Positions 13,331 to 25,109 of a DNA stretch of 64,000 nucleotides are shown here, piece by piece. The translations under genes and the position numbers were made by a program. The notes under the pieces are model-generated. The model saw only the letters and a program-made list of their open reading frames with translations, was not told the origin of the DNA and did no database searches. Every line of letters begins with the position of its first letter. Within the stretch, counting starts at the first letter, position 1. Source of the stretch: Monodelphis domestica (Eukaryota); NCBI RefSeq assembly GCF_027887165.1, contig NC_077230.1:289206949-289270948 (forward strand), read 5' to 3'.

Positions 13331-14110
13331 CGGGTGTTTGTAGGGCAGGCAATGTTTGGGACACCTTTTCTAGTCCCCTCCCTTGATTAGGGTGAGCAGT
13401 GCTGTCCTAGAGAGGGCTGCTCAGTCGCCCAGGATGCTGCCAAATGTCCCTGCTGCCCACAGGGCCAAGCAACCACTGGTCCTTGGGCTGCCTACGTGCA
13501 GGATTGTGACTACAACTGCCAGTGGTCACCTCCACCTGTTGCGTCGTCACTCCCCCATCACCGCAGGTCTTGAAGAGGGTGGACGGGGTTAGGACAGATG
13601 AGTGTGCACAAAGATACTTGTGCATGAAAGAGATTTAAGTGGAAAAACCGATGCACAGAGACAGTCCCACTCTCTCGGTGTTGGAAGCCTGGGTCCAGTG
13701 GCATGAAAAATTGTTACGTCTGGAGACTTCCTCAGCTGCATTGGATGGCTGTATTGTCCTTTGTGCTCCAACCCGCCCTAAGCACTCCACAGTGCTTTGC
13801 TGCATTGCCCTCTCAGCCGTTGAACTTTCTTATTGGTTTCTTCCATCTGTTCAGCCAAAGCAGTCTTCACATGCTGGGTGAGCAAAGCCCTGGTTCACCA
13901 TGGGTCAACAACCCGATGGCTACCCTCACAAGGTTTGGCCGTCCTGTCGAAGCCATTGCCCAGGGTGTGGCCGCTGCCACATACTAGCAGCTACTGGGAG
14001 CCACAAGTGAGAGCTGGGTGTCAGGTGGGGGTCAGAGGCTGGAGAGCTGCCCTAGGAGGGCACGACAAGCCCTCCATACCAGAGATACTACCCCTCCCTG
14101 AGCACCCCAT
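13331..14110. other. GC-rich, roughly 0.8 kb block abutting the 5' end of the RTE element. No recognisable ORF. It may be the element's 5' region or a separate insertion
   Basis: There is an abrupt shift from AT-rich intron to GC-rich sequence, bounded by the RTE endonuclease start on one side and AT-rich intron from about 14110 on the other. Confidence 0.4.
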
Positions 14111-15924
14111 ACACCCCACTTTTCTATACATATAAACATTTAGCTTAATATTAGTATATTGAATAACCCAGGAATTTTATTTATATATTAAGGTGAAATT
14201 CATATCTACTTATCTCTTTTATTAGCTTATAAGCTTTCTGAGTAAGTCAAAATTGAATTTTATTCAGTGTACTATAAGAAAGATTCACTATTATAACCTA
14301 TTTTAAGGTTTATAAAGTGCTTTCCTCATAAAAACTCTCTGAATTATAACTAGTGCTATTGTCATTATTTAACTGAAGCTTAGAGAGATTAGGTTACTTT
14401 CATAATATAAAGCCTAATTGATCATGATAAATATTTTTTTAATTTTTAATATTTAACATATACTAATTTTTTGTTGAGTATTATTTGTATATTCATTAGG
14501 AAAGTTGATCTTTAATTTTCTTTTTTAGTGCTATCTTTACCTGGTTTAAAATTTACACCATATTTGCCCTATAAATGATATTAGGCAACTTTCCTCATAT
14601 TTACAAATAATCTATATAATATAGGAATGATTTGTTTTTGGTAAGTAAAACTTTATTTAATAGGTATGCTTTTTTAAAAAAAACTGCCATGGTATGGGGC
14701 AAGAATTGAAACTTTATTAGCGGATTCTAGAGGAGGTAGAATATCAGGAAGCAGTAGAGATGAACTCACCCAACCCCCTCGGCCATTAAACTCTACAACA
14801 CCTTCAAAAAAATCTAAGAAATATACCAGATTGAATTCTGATTGGGAAATTTAAAAAAATAATAATGAGTCATTTTTATAGCTCAGGGCAGCAAAAAATG
14901 TTGGATGAAGAGGTATGCTGACACCAGGGATGGTGGTCTAGCCAAGAATGGCCATGTGGAACATTCCTACCCAGAAAGTCTATGCATCAGAGCAATAAGA
15001 GGTTCCAAATCCATCAAAGAGGGGACCAGCCTTATGAAGGACACAGGAAGAGATGATAACTGACAATTCTGTTGTTCACTGCCTAGTTCTGGGTCACAGA
15101 TCCAGGACTAATTGAGAAAGAAACTCATGCCTAAGGGTAGCATTCTAGGATGAAGAGGTTACATGCTCTGTTCTGTGTACCAAACAAGGAGCAAAGTTCA
15201 GAAGCAAGCTATAGTTGTGTGGTTTTGAATCCAGAAAATGCGCAGCACTCCAAGTCTAAACTTCAGGCTAGAATTAAGCTTGCAATTGAATAACCAGGGT
15301 AAGAATCCAGGACTGAAGAAACGTATGCAGTTCTTTCACTCTGAATTGGCATCATTTTCTAGCTAGTTAGTTGTGGTAGAATCTGGCAGTAGTCTATTAG
15401 AACTCTAATTGGGGCAAAACCATAGCTGCTTCTACTCAGACCAAAATCCAAGTCAGGAACTTGTGGAGCTCATACTAAGAGGGCAGAAATTAGATTGTGC
15501 CCTGGATCATACCACTTTGAGAGCACTGAAAATTTGTAATTCCCTGGCACGATCTATCCCAGGGATGCTAGAATAACTCAGTACCTCAAGAAAGCAGCAA
15601 CAAGAGCAGCCAAGACATTCTCTCCAGAAGGGCACAGAGCCTAAGTCAACATAAAGACCACAGTCTGAAAGTAGGTTGGAAAAATTGTGCAAAAAAAAAT
15701 CCCACCATAAAAATCTATTAATTATGGTTATAGTGACACTCAGTATACATGAGTGGAAAACTAGGTGAAGAGGAATACATAGACAGGAGGAAGAAAGGAG
15801 GAAATTATCTTGAATAATTGGAATGCAGAAATAGAAGTCAATATAAACAATGAGGAAGGGGTGGGGAAAGGGATTGATACTTGAACCTTACACTCATCTG
15901 CAGTGATTGAAGGAAGGAAAAAAT

Positions 15925-15951
<27 letters not shown>
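15925..15951. repeat. (CA)n microsatellite
   Basis: acacacac... read directly from the sequence. Confidence 0.95.
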
Positions 15952-15955
<4 letters not shown>

Positions 15956-16957
15956 TATATATAGGAATACATTTCACTCAAAAAGAAAACAGGGAAAGTG
16001 GAGGCAGGAGAAGTATAGCTGAGGAATGGTAGGAGGGAGTAGTCCAAAGCAAAACAACTCTAAAGATGTGCAAAAGTATTTATAGCAGCTCTTTTTGTGG
16101 TGGTAAAGAACCAGAGACCGAAGGTGTACCCACCAATGTGGGAATGACTGAAGATGATATAGTTTATAATTGTGAGGGAATACTTTTGTGCAGTAAGAAA
16201 TGTTGAAAGGCATAGTTTCTGAGAAACCTAGGAACATTTATATGAACTGAGCCAGAGTGAGGTGAACAGAACTAAGAGAATGTTTTTTGCAATGACATTA
16301 TTGTAAAAACAAACAATTTTGAAAGACTTAGAAATTCCAGTCAGTGAAATAATAAACCATGATTCCAGAGGATAGATGATGAAACATTTTACCTACCTCC
16401 TGAAAGATGATGCATTCAAAGTCTAGTCAGACTTTTTTTTTGACATGGACAATACAGGAATTTGTTTTACTTGATTATTACATGTTTGTATCAGAGAGAT
16501 TTGTAGGTTTTTTTTTCTTTTTTAATTTGAAGAGGTGAGGACTGGAAGAGATGAGGCAGATTTGGTGACTAAAATAAAATTTAATTAAAAAAATAAACAG
16601 TAAAAGTGGAATAAAAAATAAACAGTAAAAGTGGAATATTTGTTTGAAAACAAAACAAAAAAGAAAACATCATTTGGTCATCTAAGTCATTTCTTAAGGC
16701 CAATCCTTATAAATAAACTATAAAGAGAAGGAAAAAATTATGTTGCAAAATTTTACCTTTTCTCAGAGAACATTTGTATAGACATTTTCCTAGTATTGAG
16801 TGGGAGTCACCTGGCCAAACCTGCTACTTGCTTATTTTTTAAAAAGATAATTAAGTTGAGGAACTAAGGAAATTTATTAATGACTTTTAAAAGTTGAGAA
16901 GGTAAAGTAGTAATAAAAGAAAAATTATGGTTGTGTTCTTTTTCCCCTGAAATGTAG

Positions 16958-17038
16958 ATGCTTCATAAGCTAACAGCTAGAGCTATCATCAGAGATTATG
17001 AAGATGGAGTACTCCATGAGGATGAAACAAAACATGAG
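16958..17038 (+). CDS. PARP4: PARP4 exon encoding MLHKLTARAIIRDYEDGVLHEDETKHE
   Basis: Acceptor aatgtag|atg and donor gag|gtttgt. Matches human 'MIHKLAARALIRDYEDGILHENETSHE'. Confidence 0.88.
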
Positions 17039-17720
17039 GTTTGTTCTTTCTGTGGAAAATATGTTCCTAAGAGTTTAACTCTTAGGTATTCTTTTTTAAA
17101 CTTAAAAAGCTAACAACATGTAAACTTAGGTAATCTGGATGAAGAAATAAATGTATTCATTAGTAAGAGTGATAGGAAGAATTATAGAATCATAGAATTT
17201 AGACTTAGAAAGAACTTTAGATATAATCTTATCCCAGAATAAAAGGACAACATGATGAAGAATATTCATCTATTTTTATGTCTTCAGAGAAAAGTAACAC
17301 TTTATTTTCTTCTATTATATTTTCATTTAAAAGGAAATCCAATGGAGAATCTGTAGCTATAAGACTAAGGTAACAACAAAAGCAAATGTAATATTAGGCT
17401 CCAGTGGTTCCAGGCTTCCAGGTAAACTTGGAAGAGCTCTTGTATGGAGATCATAAAGCCTGAGTTCAAATTCAATTTCTTATTTCCATGATCTTGAACA
17501 AGTCATCTAAGCTCTCTGTGCCTCATTTTTCTCATTTGTATGATGAGAAGGTTAGACAAGATCACCTTTAAAGTCCTTTCAAGTTCTGGATCTATGAGGC
17601 TATGCAAGGTTTTTATTATTGTAAAGACATTTCCCACTGGAATTCATGAACCTACAGATTTACAGATCTCCTGGCCTTACAGATGTCTATATAAAATAAA
17701 TGCTATCTTGAACCCTATAC

Positions 17721-18170
17721 CAGTAATGGTAAACCTTTTAGAAATGGTATGCCTTGCCCCTCCCCGCCACCTGCTGGGTATGCCCCGCTCCCCCTTACCC
17801 CACACAGGGGAGGGAGAAAGTTCTCCCATTGGGCTGCTGGTCAAAGGGGCATGTAAAGTGAAGAATATCCTCAGGTGCACATAGAGAGCTATGGGGGAGT
17901 GACCCAAGCACTCTGCTCCCCTCCAACTCTGCTGCCTGTGAACTGCCTACCTTACTCCCTTTGCACTCCCTTTGGACTGCTGGGCAGAGGGGCAGGGGAG
18001 GTGAAACAATGTCATCAGGCTCAGTGGAGATGGGGGAGGGGAGCAGCTTCACCCAAGTCCCTCTGCCTTTCTAGTAATGAACTCTGATGGGGGGAGGGGG
18101 TGACCATGTGCCCACAGAGAGAGCTCTATGTGCCATCTTTGCCATCCATGCCATAGGTTCCCCATCACAG
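17721..18170 (+). mobile_element. Non-autonomous hAT-like DNA transposon (MITE), copy 1, about 450 bp with degraded termini
   Basis: The termini are 'cagtaatggtaaacc' and 'ggttccccatcacag', diverged versions of the 15-bp terminal inverted repeat seen in copy 2. The internal sequence is about 75% identical to 52660-53095 along its full length. Confidence 0.6.
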
Positions 18171-18599
18171 ATGTATGCTATGGATAGGCAAAAGTTGCTT
18201 TTTAAGGAGAGTGATCCTAAGTTAACCTAACATTAAATTTGCCAAGCTTTTGGATGGATAAACTAATAAGTTATTTTCAAGATTTTCTAGTCTTATTTTT
18301 AAATTAGTCAACTTTCCTATCTGATTTTTATCAAAATTTTTCTTTTCTTTTCAATGTATAATTTATCAGACCAGTTAATAGTCTCCTAAGAGGTGGGTGA
18401 CATGGAGTCACCTATCTTATAAAAGTGAAAAAATGTAGAAGAAAACTTTAAGAATTATGTTTTATTTGTAATATTGATCCTAAAAATGTTTTCCCATATA
18501 TAATAATAAAACTTTCTACTTGAAGAGTATTTACAATTCAGAAAATATTTTCACATATATTCTTATTTAATTATCACAGCAACTCTGTTAAATAAATAA

Positions 18600-18800
18600 A
18601 AATCAGGTAGCATTGTATCCTTTTAATTTTTTTTAAACCCTTACCTTCCATCTTAGAATCAATACTGGGTATTGGTTCTAAGGCAGAAGAGAGCTAAGGG
18701 CTAAGCAATGGGGGTTAAGTGACTTACCCAGGGTCACACAGCTAGGAAGTGTCTGAGGCCAGATTTGAACCCAGGATCTCCTGTCTCTAGGTCTGGCTCT
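18600..18800 (-). mobile_element. tRNA-derived/MIR-like SINE (opossum SINE1/MAR1-like family)
   Basis: The + strand contains 'gtgacttacccagggtcacacagctaggaagtgtctgaggccagatttgaacccagg...ctctcaatccactg', which is the reverse complement of the SINE head and body. The A-rich tail reads as poly-T at the low-coordinate end. Confidence 0.7.
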
Positions 18801-18899
18801 CAATCCACTGGAATGCTTTGCTACCTCAATTGTATCATTTTTAAAAATGAAGAAACTGAAGCTAAGAGATTAAGATATATTAAAAGAATGTGGAAAAAC

Positions 18900-19130
18900 C
18901 AAAGCTTGAACCCACATCTTCTTTTTTTTTTTAAACCCTTACCTTCCATTTTGGAGTCAATATTGTGTATTGGTTCCAAGGCAGAAGAGTGGTAAGGGCT
19001 AGGCAATGGGGGTCAAGTGACTTGCCCAGGGTCACACAGCTGGGAAGTGTCTGAGGCCAGATTTGAACCTAGGACCTCCCGTCTCTAGGCCTGACTAGCT
19101 TCCACTGAGCTACACAGCTGCCCCCCCCCC
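18900..19130 (-). mobile_element. tRNA-derived/MIR-like SINE, second copy about 300 bp downstream in the same orientation, followed by (C)n(AC)n
   Basis: Near-identical to the copy at 18600-18800: 'aaacccttaccttccattttggagtcaatattgtgtattggttccaaggcagaag...'. Confidence 0.7.
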
Positions 19131-19373
19131 CCACACACACACACATCTTCTTATTCCAAGTCCAGTGTTCTTTTTGAACATAGTGGTCATACTTCTTTAC
19201 CTGAAGGGAAAAGGATTTTCTAGAATTTCTATTTAAGGAGTAAAAAAAGAGAAAAAAATGCCTGAATTAAAAAGGAGCATTTTGTAACTATATGAATAGT
19301 TTCTGTATACCTCGAATATAAAATACATCTGTTTGGTATAATATTTCTCTTCATTTGAAATGTTTCAACCTAG

Positions 19374-19469
19374 ATGAAGAAGCAAATTTTGAAGTCTCTG
19401 ATTATTAATCTCAGCAAGGAGAACTCTATTATAACACAATTTACAAGTTTTGTGGCAGTTGAGAAAAGG
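19374..19469 (+). CDS. PARP4: PARP4 exon encoding MKKQILKSLIINLSKENSIITQFTSFVAVEKR
   Basis: Acceptor cctag|atg and donor agg|gtaagt. Matches human 'MKKQTLKSLIIKLSKENSLITQFTSFVAVEKR'. Confidence 0.9.
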
Positions 19470-22059
19470 GTAAGTATTGTTGTTAATGGGCAAATAAATT
19501 TATTTTTCTTAACTAATAAAATAAGAACACTTAGAACTGTTAAATCATAGTTAATTATATTTGTTATTAATTTTGTTGTTTTTTTGTTGTTTTGTTTGTT
19601 TGTTGTTTGTTATTAAATTTATCATGTGAAACTTTAACTATGTGGCATAGTAGAAAAACTAAGTGATGTTTTGCTTAAAAAAGGGTAAGTGCCTTCCAGG
19701 ATATTATAAATCATAGGTATATTATTAATAATTATATAACTATTATTTCATTAGTAGTAATACTATCTAATATTCTCATAGTGCTTTACAGCTTCCAAAA
19801 TGCTTTCTTTAACACAATTCTTTGAGACAGTTCATGCAAATATTTTTCTCCCTAATTAAGAAAACTAGTGGACCTGAGAATTGAGGTTAATTCCTTAACC
19901 ATTGCAAAAGTGGTAGACTATCTCCAGGGCTCCAGTGGTTCATGATAGGTGCCTATCAACAAGTCTAGTAGCATACCAGCCCATTTCTGTAATGATGGAA
20001 AATTATAAAGATGACCTGGGAGGAGTCTCATCTGTTGTGAATTATTGTCTGCATATCTGGCTATATCAACTTTATTAGGTTCTCGAGTGTGCTGAATTTA
20101 AGCCTATACTTAGACTGTCATGGTTTGGTGGGATAACAGGCAGTACCTGAAGAACACTACCCTGGTGGCAAGGTTCTATTTTGGATCCTGCTAGGTTATA
20201 TATATATTGGTTCTTAAGGGGGAGTAATTTTGTGTTAGCTGGGTCATTGAAAGGTAAACCATCCTGTACTGATCCTTGACTCTCAGACTTTCCTATAAAA
20301 ATAGGATACCTTGATTGGAATTCAACAAATACTTATTAAGCTACTTCTAATGGCAAAATATTGTTAGGTCCTTCTGAATTTGCTGTAGTGATGTTTTTAA
20401 CTGAAGAGTTGATAAGGGTAGCCTATTATAAGAAAAGCTTCTTTTATAGATTATTCAGTTATTTTTCAGTTGTGACTCTTCATGACCCCCCTGGCAGTTT
20501 TCTTGGCAGAGATACTGGAGTGGTTTTCCATTTCTTCTCTAGCTTTCCTAGATAAACAATATATCTCGTCCTTAGGTAAACAATGATAAATTCTGATTTG
20601 GGGCTCTATTTTTTCTAGACTTCATGGGGACCATCAACTTACAGCTATAACATTACAATACAATCAAATAGATTTTAGTTTTCTTCATAAATGACCAAAT
20701 GTAAACTCCTTGAGAATAAGGAAAGGTTAATTTATCCTCTTCCCTAGCACCTATAGCCCATGGGGCATGGGGAGTGTTACAAGGGAATCACTTTAAAAGA
20801 CTGATATATATTAATTTAAGGTCGCCAAGGAATCAGCTATGTAATTCCTAATTGAAAAACTCAAGTCAGCCGTCAGCCTTTTTTGGAGTTTAATTACAAT
20901 AGGAGTAAGAAAGGAATTAGAGATATATATATAGAGAGAAGGGAATAGGGCTTAAATACCCCTTCTGTTTAGGCTGGGCCAAAAGGCCCAAGCCCTTAGA
21001 TAGCTGGGGCAAAGAAAAAAGATCAGTCCCTATTACGTGTCCAAAATGGAGAAACAGTCTCAGAGGCCCCCACCTTCAGCTTCCTTCAGAGCAAGCTTCC
21101 TCAGAGCCCAGGAACCACACCGACCAAAAAACTCCCACCTCCTCGAGTCTCCAGACCCTCCTATCTTTAAGGAAACCATCCAAGTTGCCTCCCCTCAGTC
21201 CTCACATCTACCAATCACTCTTCATCAATTTCCCTGTCAATGGAGGCTCTCGCTTAACCCAGGACCGCCCAGAGGTTTCTGGCTTTTGCACATGTCTGTT
21301 GAAGGTCATATTTTTCAAATGATTAAATCTTTACTCCTTTGTTACAGCCCTTTCTAAATCCTGTTAACTTGAGTATGGTAGAGATTGGAATAATTAAATT
21401 TTGATCTAGGCTGCAGCCCTTACTCAATCCTATTAGGACTGAATAGGGTGGAGATTTATTCCAAGTATCTCCATTGTATCAATTCTAAAATCAATCAAGA
21501 CTCAAAGAAATTCCTGTTCTATGCTTAAGCATAGGTCAAAGTCCTTTCCATTGTTCAGCAAAGGGTTTCTGTCCTAAAGTAATCTTAAGAAGGGAAGAGA
21601 AAGAACCTCCCATGCCAATGGGGTTCCCATTCCAATAGACTATCAGTAAGAAATTTTCCAAGTATGAAATATCCCAATGGTGAAATTTTCAACAATTATA
21701 AGTCTAAGGAAATTTGAGGTTTACAGGTGCACTTAACAATGAATACAGTAGATCACTCAGACAAGAGTACCTCAAGTTCATTCCCTCAAGACCATATATC
21801 ACAAGCATCCATTGTTATATTTATATTTAGTTGTTAACCAGGGGATACAATTAATTCAAAGCAAAAGCATATAAAGAAATAGCATAAGAAAAATAACAAA
21901 AACAACAATATGATGATAACAATAAAAATAATAGCTTAACATTCATATAGTGCTTACTATTTGTCAGGTACTATGCTAAGCACTTTACAATTAATATCTA
22001 AATTTTATCCTCACCAAAAAACAAAACAAAACAACAAACCTTTGGAGGCAGGTGTTACT

Positions 22060-22200
22060 ATCATTTTATAGATGAGGAATTGAGGCAAACAGTGGCTAAG
22101 TTACTTGCCCAGGGTCACACAGGTAGTAAGTGTCTGAGAAAGGATTTGAACTCCAATCTTCCTGACTACAGGCTTTTTCTACTACTACACCACTTCATCA
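22060..22200 (-). mobile_element. MIR SINE fragment
   Basis: Contains 'ttatagatgaggaattgaggcaaacagtggctaagttacttgcccagggtcacacag', a canonical MIR core in reverse orientation. Confidence 0.6.
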
Positions 22201-23158
22201 CCTTGCTACCCTCTAATAAAATACTTCTTAAAAACTAGGACACATTTTCTCTCAAATTCCAAAACTAGCAAGAAATGTGGAACACATATGGACAGTACAT
22301 ACATGGTAAAGATGTGTGGTCATGGTCCAAAGGTGGAGATAACTCAGACCTCTGGGTCCTGTACAGCTACCAATGTGGTCTTTTTGTTAACCCTGTTCCA
22401 CACATCTCCCCAGCTGGAGTGGCTCACTTTTGGTCTGACAAGGTCACTTTATAATGGTGGCCTGCTGACCCTCATGATCACTGCCAGGCAGTCTATTGGC
22501 CCTGAGGCTACAGAATTCCTCTTTGCTTCTAGTCTCTGACTTAAGATCTCCACCAAAGTGCTCCCTCTTCTTCACAATAAGCAGAGCAGTTTCTTTGATC
22601 ACTGTCTTCATTCTGACTTAGAGTAAGAAAGTTCATGTTATTCCCTATTAATTGCCAAATACTAAACTGCTTTTAGTCAGTTTCTCTTTAGATGCTACTT
22701 TTCTAGCAAATTTCCAAGGAGTCTCTGTACTACTCCACTCATCCACACAAACAAAATCCTCAACCTCAAATCTGTTTTGCTCTTTCTTAAATATGATCAG
22801 TACAGGAAAAGACCAGGGAGCAATGTCTTCCCTTGCCTCTCCAAATCCCTAGCCTTTAATGTGTATGTATGGCCAGCAAGAGCTTCTTTTATGATAAATT
22901 GAATTCACTACAATAAGTTACATTTTAGTTACTTTCCTGATTTTTTGGAGGCTATTTAGGCATGGCCATACTTTATCCACTTTTGTAGCTAATCTCATGA
23001 ATTTATTTTGGCTAGCTTCAGTTTTAGAAGGTGACATTTATTGACCATATATTCTTGCATGGTTTCTTATTTGGGGCTTACTGTTTTTGTGCATTGATTA
23101 TGGAATCATAAAAGCTTTATTATAAAAATCAGTTCTAAATTCATTCCTTTTTACTTAG

Positions 23159-23284
23159 GATGGCAATAAATCACTGGATTCCTGTACTCCAAATATTTTT
23201 GAACTTATTGCTACAGAAGATGTAGACTTTCTGCCATATATGGATTGGGAAGTAGAACAGTCTGAGTATGCAATGAAAAAGAAG
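23159..23284 (+). CDS. PARP4: PARP4 exon encoding DGNKSLDSCTPNIFELIATEDVDFLPYMDWEVEQSEYAMKKK
   Basis: Acceptor ttacttag|gat and donor aag|gtaaat. Matches human 'DENESPFPDIPKVSELIAKEDVDFLPYMSWQGEPQEAV'. Confidence 0.88.
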
Positions 23285-23290
23285 GTAAAT

Positions 23291-23945
23291 TTTTTTTTAA
23301 ATTTTATTTAATTAGTCAATTTAGAATATTTTTCCATGGTTACAAGAATCATATTCTTTCCCTAATGCTCCCCCCACCTCCTGTAGCCAATGCTTAGTTC
23401 CATTGGATTTTACATGTGTCCTTGATCAAAACCTATTTCCATAATATTGATGTTTGTACTAGGGTGATCATTTAGAGTCTACATCACCAATCCTATCCCC
23501 AATAACCCATGTGATCAAGCAGTTGTTTTTCTTCTGTGTTTCTACTACCACAGGTTTTCCTTTGAATATGGATAGTGTTCTTTCTCATAAATCCCTCCAA
23601 ATTGTTCTGGATCATTGCGTTGCTACTAATCGTGAAGTCCATTACATTCTATTTTACCACAGTGTATCAGTCTCTATGTATAGTGTTCTCCTGGTTCTGC
23701 TCCTTTCACTCTGCATCAATTCCTGGAGGTCATTCCAGTTCACATGAAATTCCTCCACTTTATTATTCCTTTGAGCACAATAGTATTCCATCACCAACAT
23801 ATACCACAATTTGTTCAGCCATTCTCCAATTGAGAGGCATCTCCTCATTTTCCAATTTTTTGCCATAACAAAGAGCTCAGCTATGAATATTCTTGTACAA
23901 ATCTTTTTCCTTATTATCAATTTGGGGTACAAAGAGAAGGTAAGT
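23291..23945 (-). mobile_element. L1 fragment (ORF2 C-terminus plus 3'UTR). Its poly(A) end starts 6 nt after the donor of the exon at 23159-23284
   Basis: The minus-strand ORF at 23654-23932 encodes '...[53 protein letters not shown]...'. The 3'UTR is homologous to the other L1 3' ends at 24760-25110, 35475-35815 and 45990-46250. The poly-T run is at 23291-23299. Confidence 0.8.
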
Positions 23946-24229
23946 CCTAATGCAAAAAAAAGTTTATCATATTTTATTTATATTAACTAATTATTTTTCA
24001 AGATGGATCCTCATAAGTCAGGTTTGGTGACCTCTTATTCTTTCTCTAATTATGTTCTCTTCTCATCTTTATTTTTTTAATTGTTTTATTTTATTTTCGG
24101 TTCCAAATTTTTTCCATCCAACTTTCCATTTACCTATTAAATAGGGAAAGCAAAAGTAAAATTACAAATATATAGTCAAATAAAATAAATTCCTGTATTA
24201 ACCTATTTTTAAAAATGTTTCAATATGCA

Positions 24230-24610
24230 CTCGAATTTCATCTCTCTATTTAGAGGTAGATAGCTTATTTCATTATGCATCCTTTGGAACTCTGGTTGGT
24301 TCCATGGTATTGATCAGAGTTCCTAAGCCTTTCAGAATTGTTTGTCCTTATAATACTAATGCTGTTGTATAAATTATTGTCCTGTTTCTGCTCACTTCCC
24401 TTTGCTTCAGTTCATAAAAAGTCTTTCCAGGTTTTTCTAAAACCATCCCCTTCATCATATCTTATAACACAATAGCATTCCATCACAAACACATGCCATA
24501 CCTTGTTCAGCCATTTCCCAAATGATGGGCATCCCCTAAATTTTCCAGTTCTTTGCCACAATGAAATCAGCGTAGCTTTAGTTTTTGCATATAACATATC
24601 CTCCATTCAG
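24230..24610 (-). mobile_element. L1 ORF2 C-terminal fragment (old)
   Basis: The minus-strand ORF at 24412-24606 encodes '...WQRTGKFRGCPSFGKWLNKVWHVFVMECYCVIR'. Confidence 0.6.
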
Positions 24611-25109
24611 TTCAACAACTATCAACTGAACACCTCCTAGGTACATTGAACTGTGTAAAGAAGTGTAATGTGCTTTAAATGATTAAAAAAATAAGAAATG
24701 ATTTCAATTATCAAAGAACTCATCCAATACCCAATTCAAAAGGGGAAATTTTTTTAAGTTATATTTTATTTGATCATTTCCAAGCATTATTCATTAAAGA
24801 CATAGATCATTTTCTTTTCCTCCCCCCCTACCCCCCCACCCCCCATAGCCGACGCACAAATCCACTGGGCATTACATGTTTTCTTGATTTGAACCCATTG
24901 CCATGTTGATAATATTTGCATTAGAGTGTTCATTTAGAGTCTCTCCTCTGTCATGTCCCCTCAACCTCTGTATTCAGGCAGTTGCTTTTCCTCGGTGTTT
25001 CCACTCCCATAGTTTATCCTTTGCTTATGAATAGTGTTTTTTTTTCTCCTAGATCCCTGCAAATTGTTCAGGGACATTACACCGCCACTAATGGAGAAGT
25101 CCATTACGT

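Noticed and set aside
18640-18800. tRNA-like sequence (GGTTCAAATC... T-loop-like box B)
   Set aside because: It is part of tRNA-derived SINE heads (many copies, no intact cloverleaf or CCA context). It is not a tRNA gene.
21037-21357. 106-aa ORF (MSKMEKQSQRPPPSASFRAS...) in a moderately GC-rich patch
   Set aside because: It has no recognisable domain and no splice context. It is likely chance or part of an unclassified repeat, and the evidence is insufficient to call a gene.
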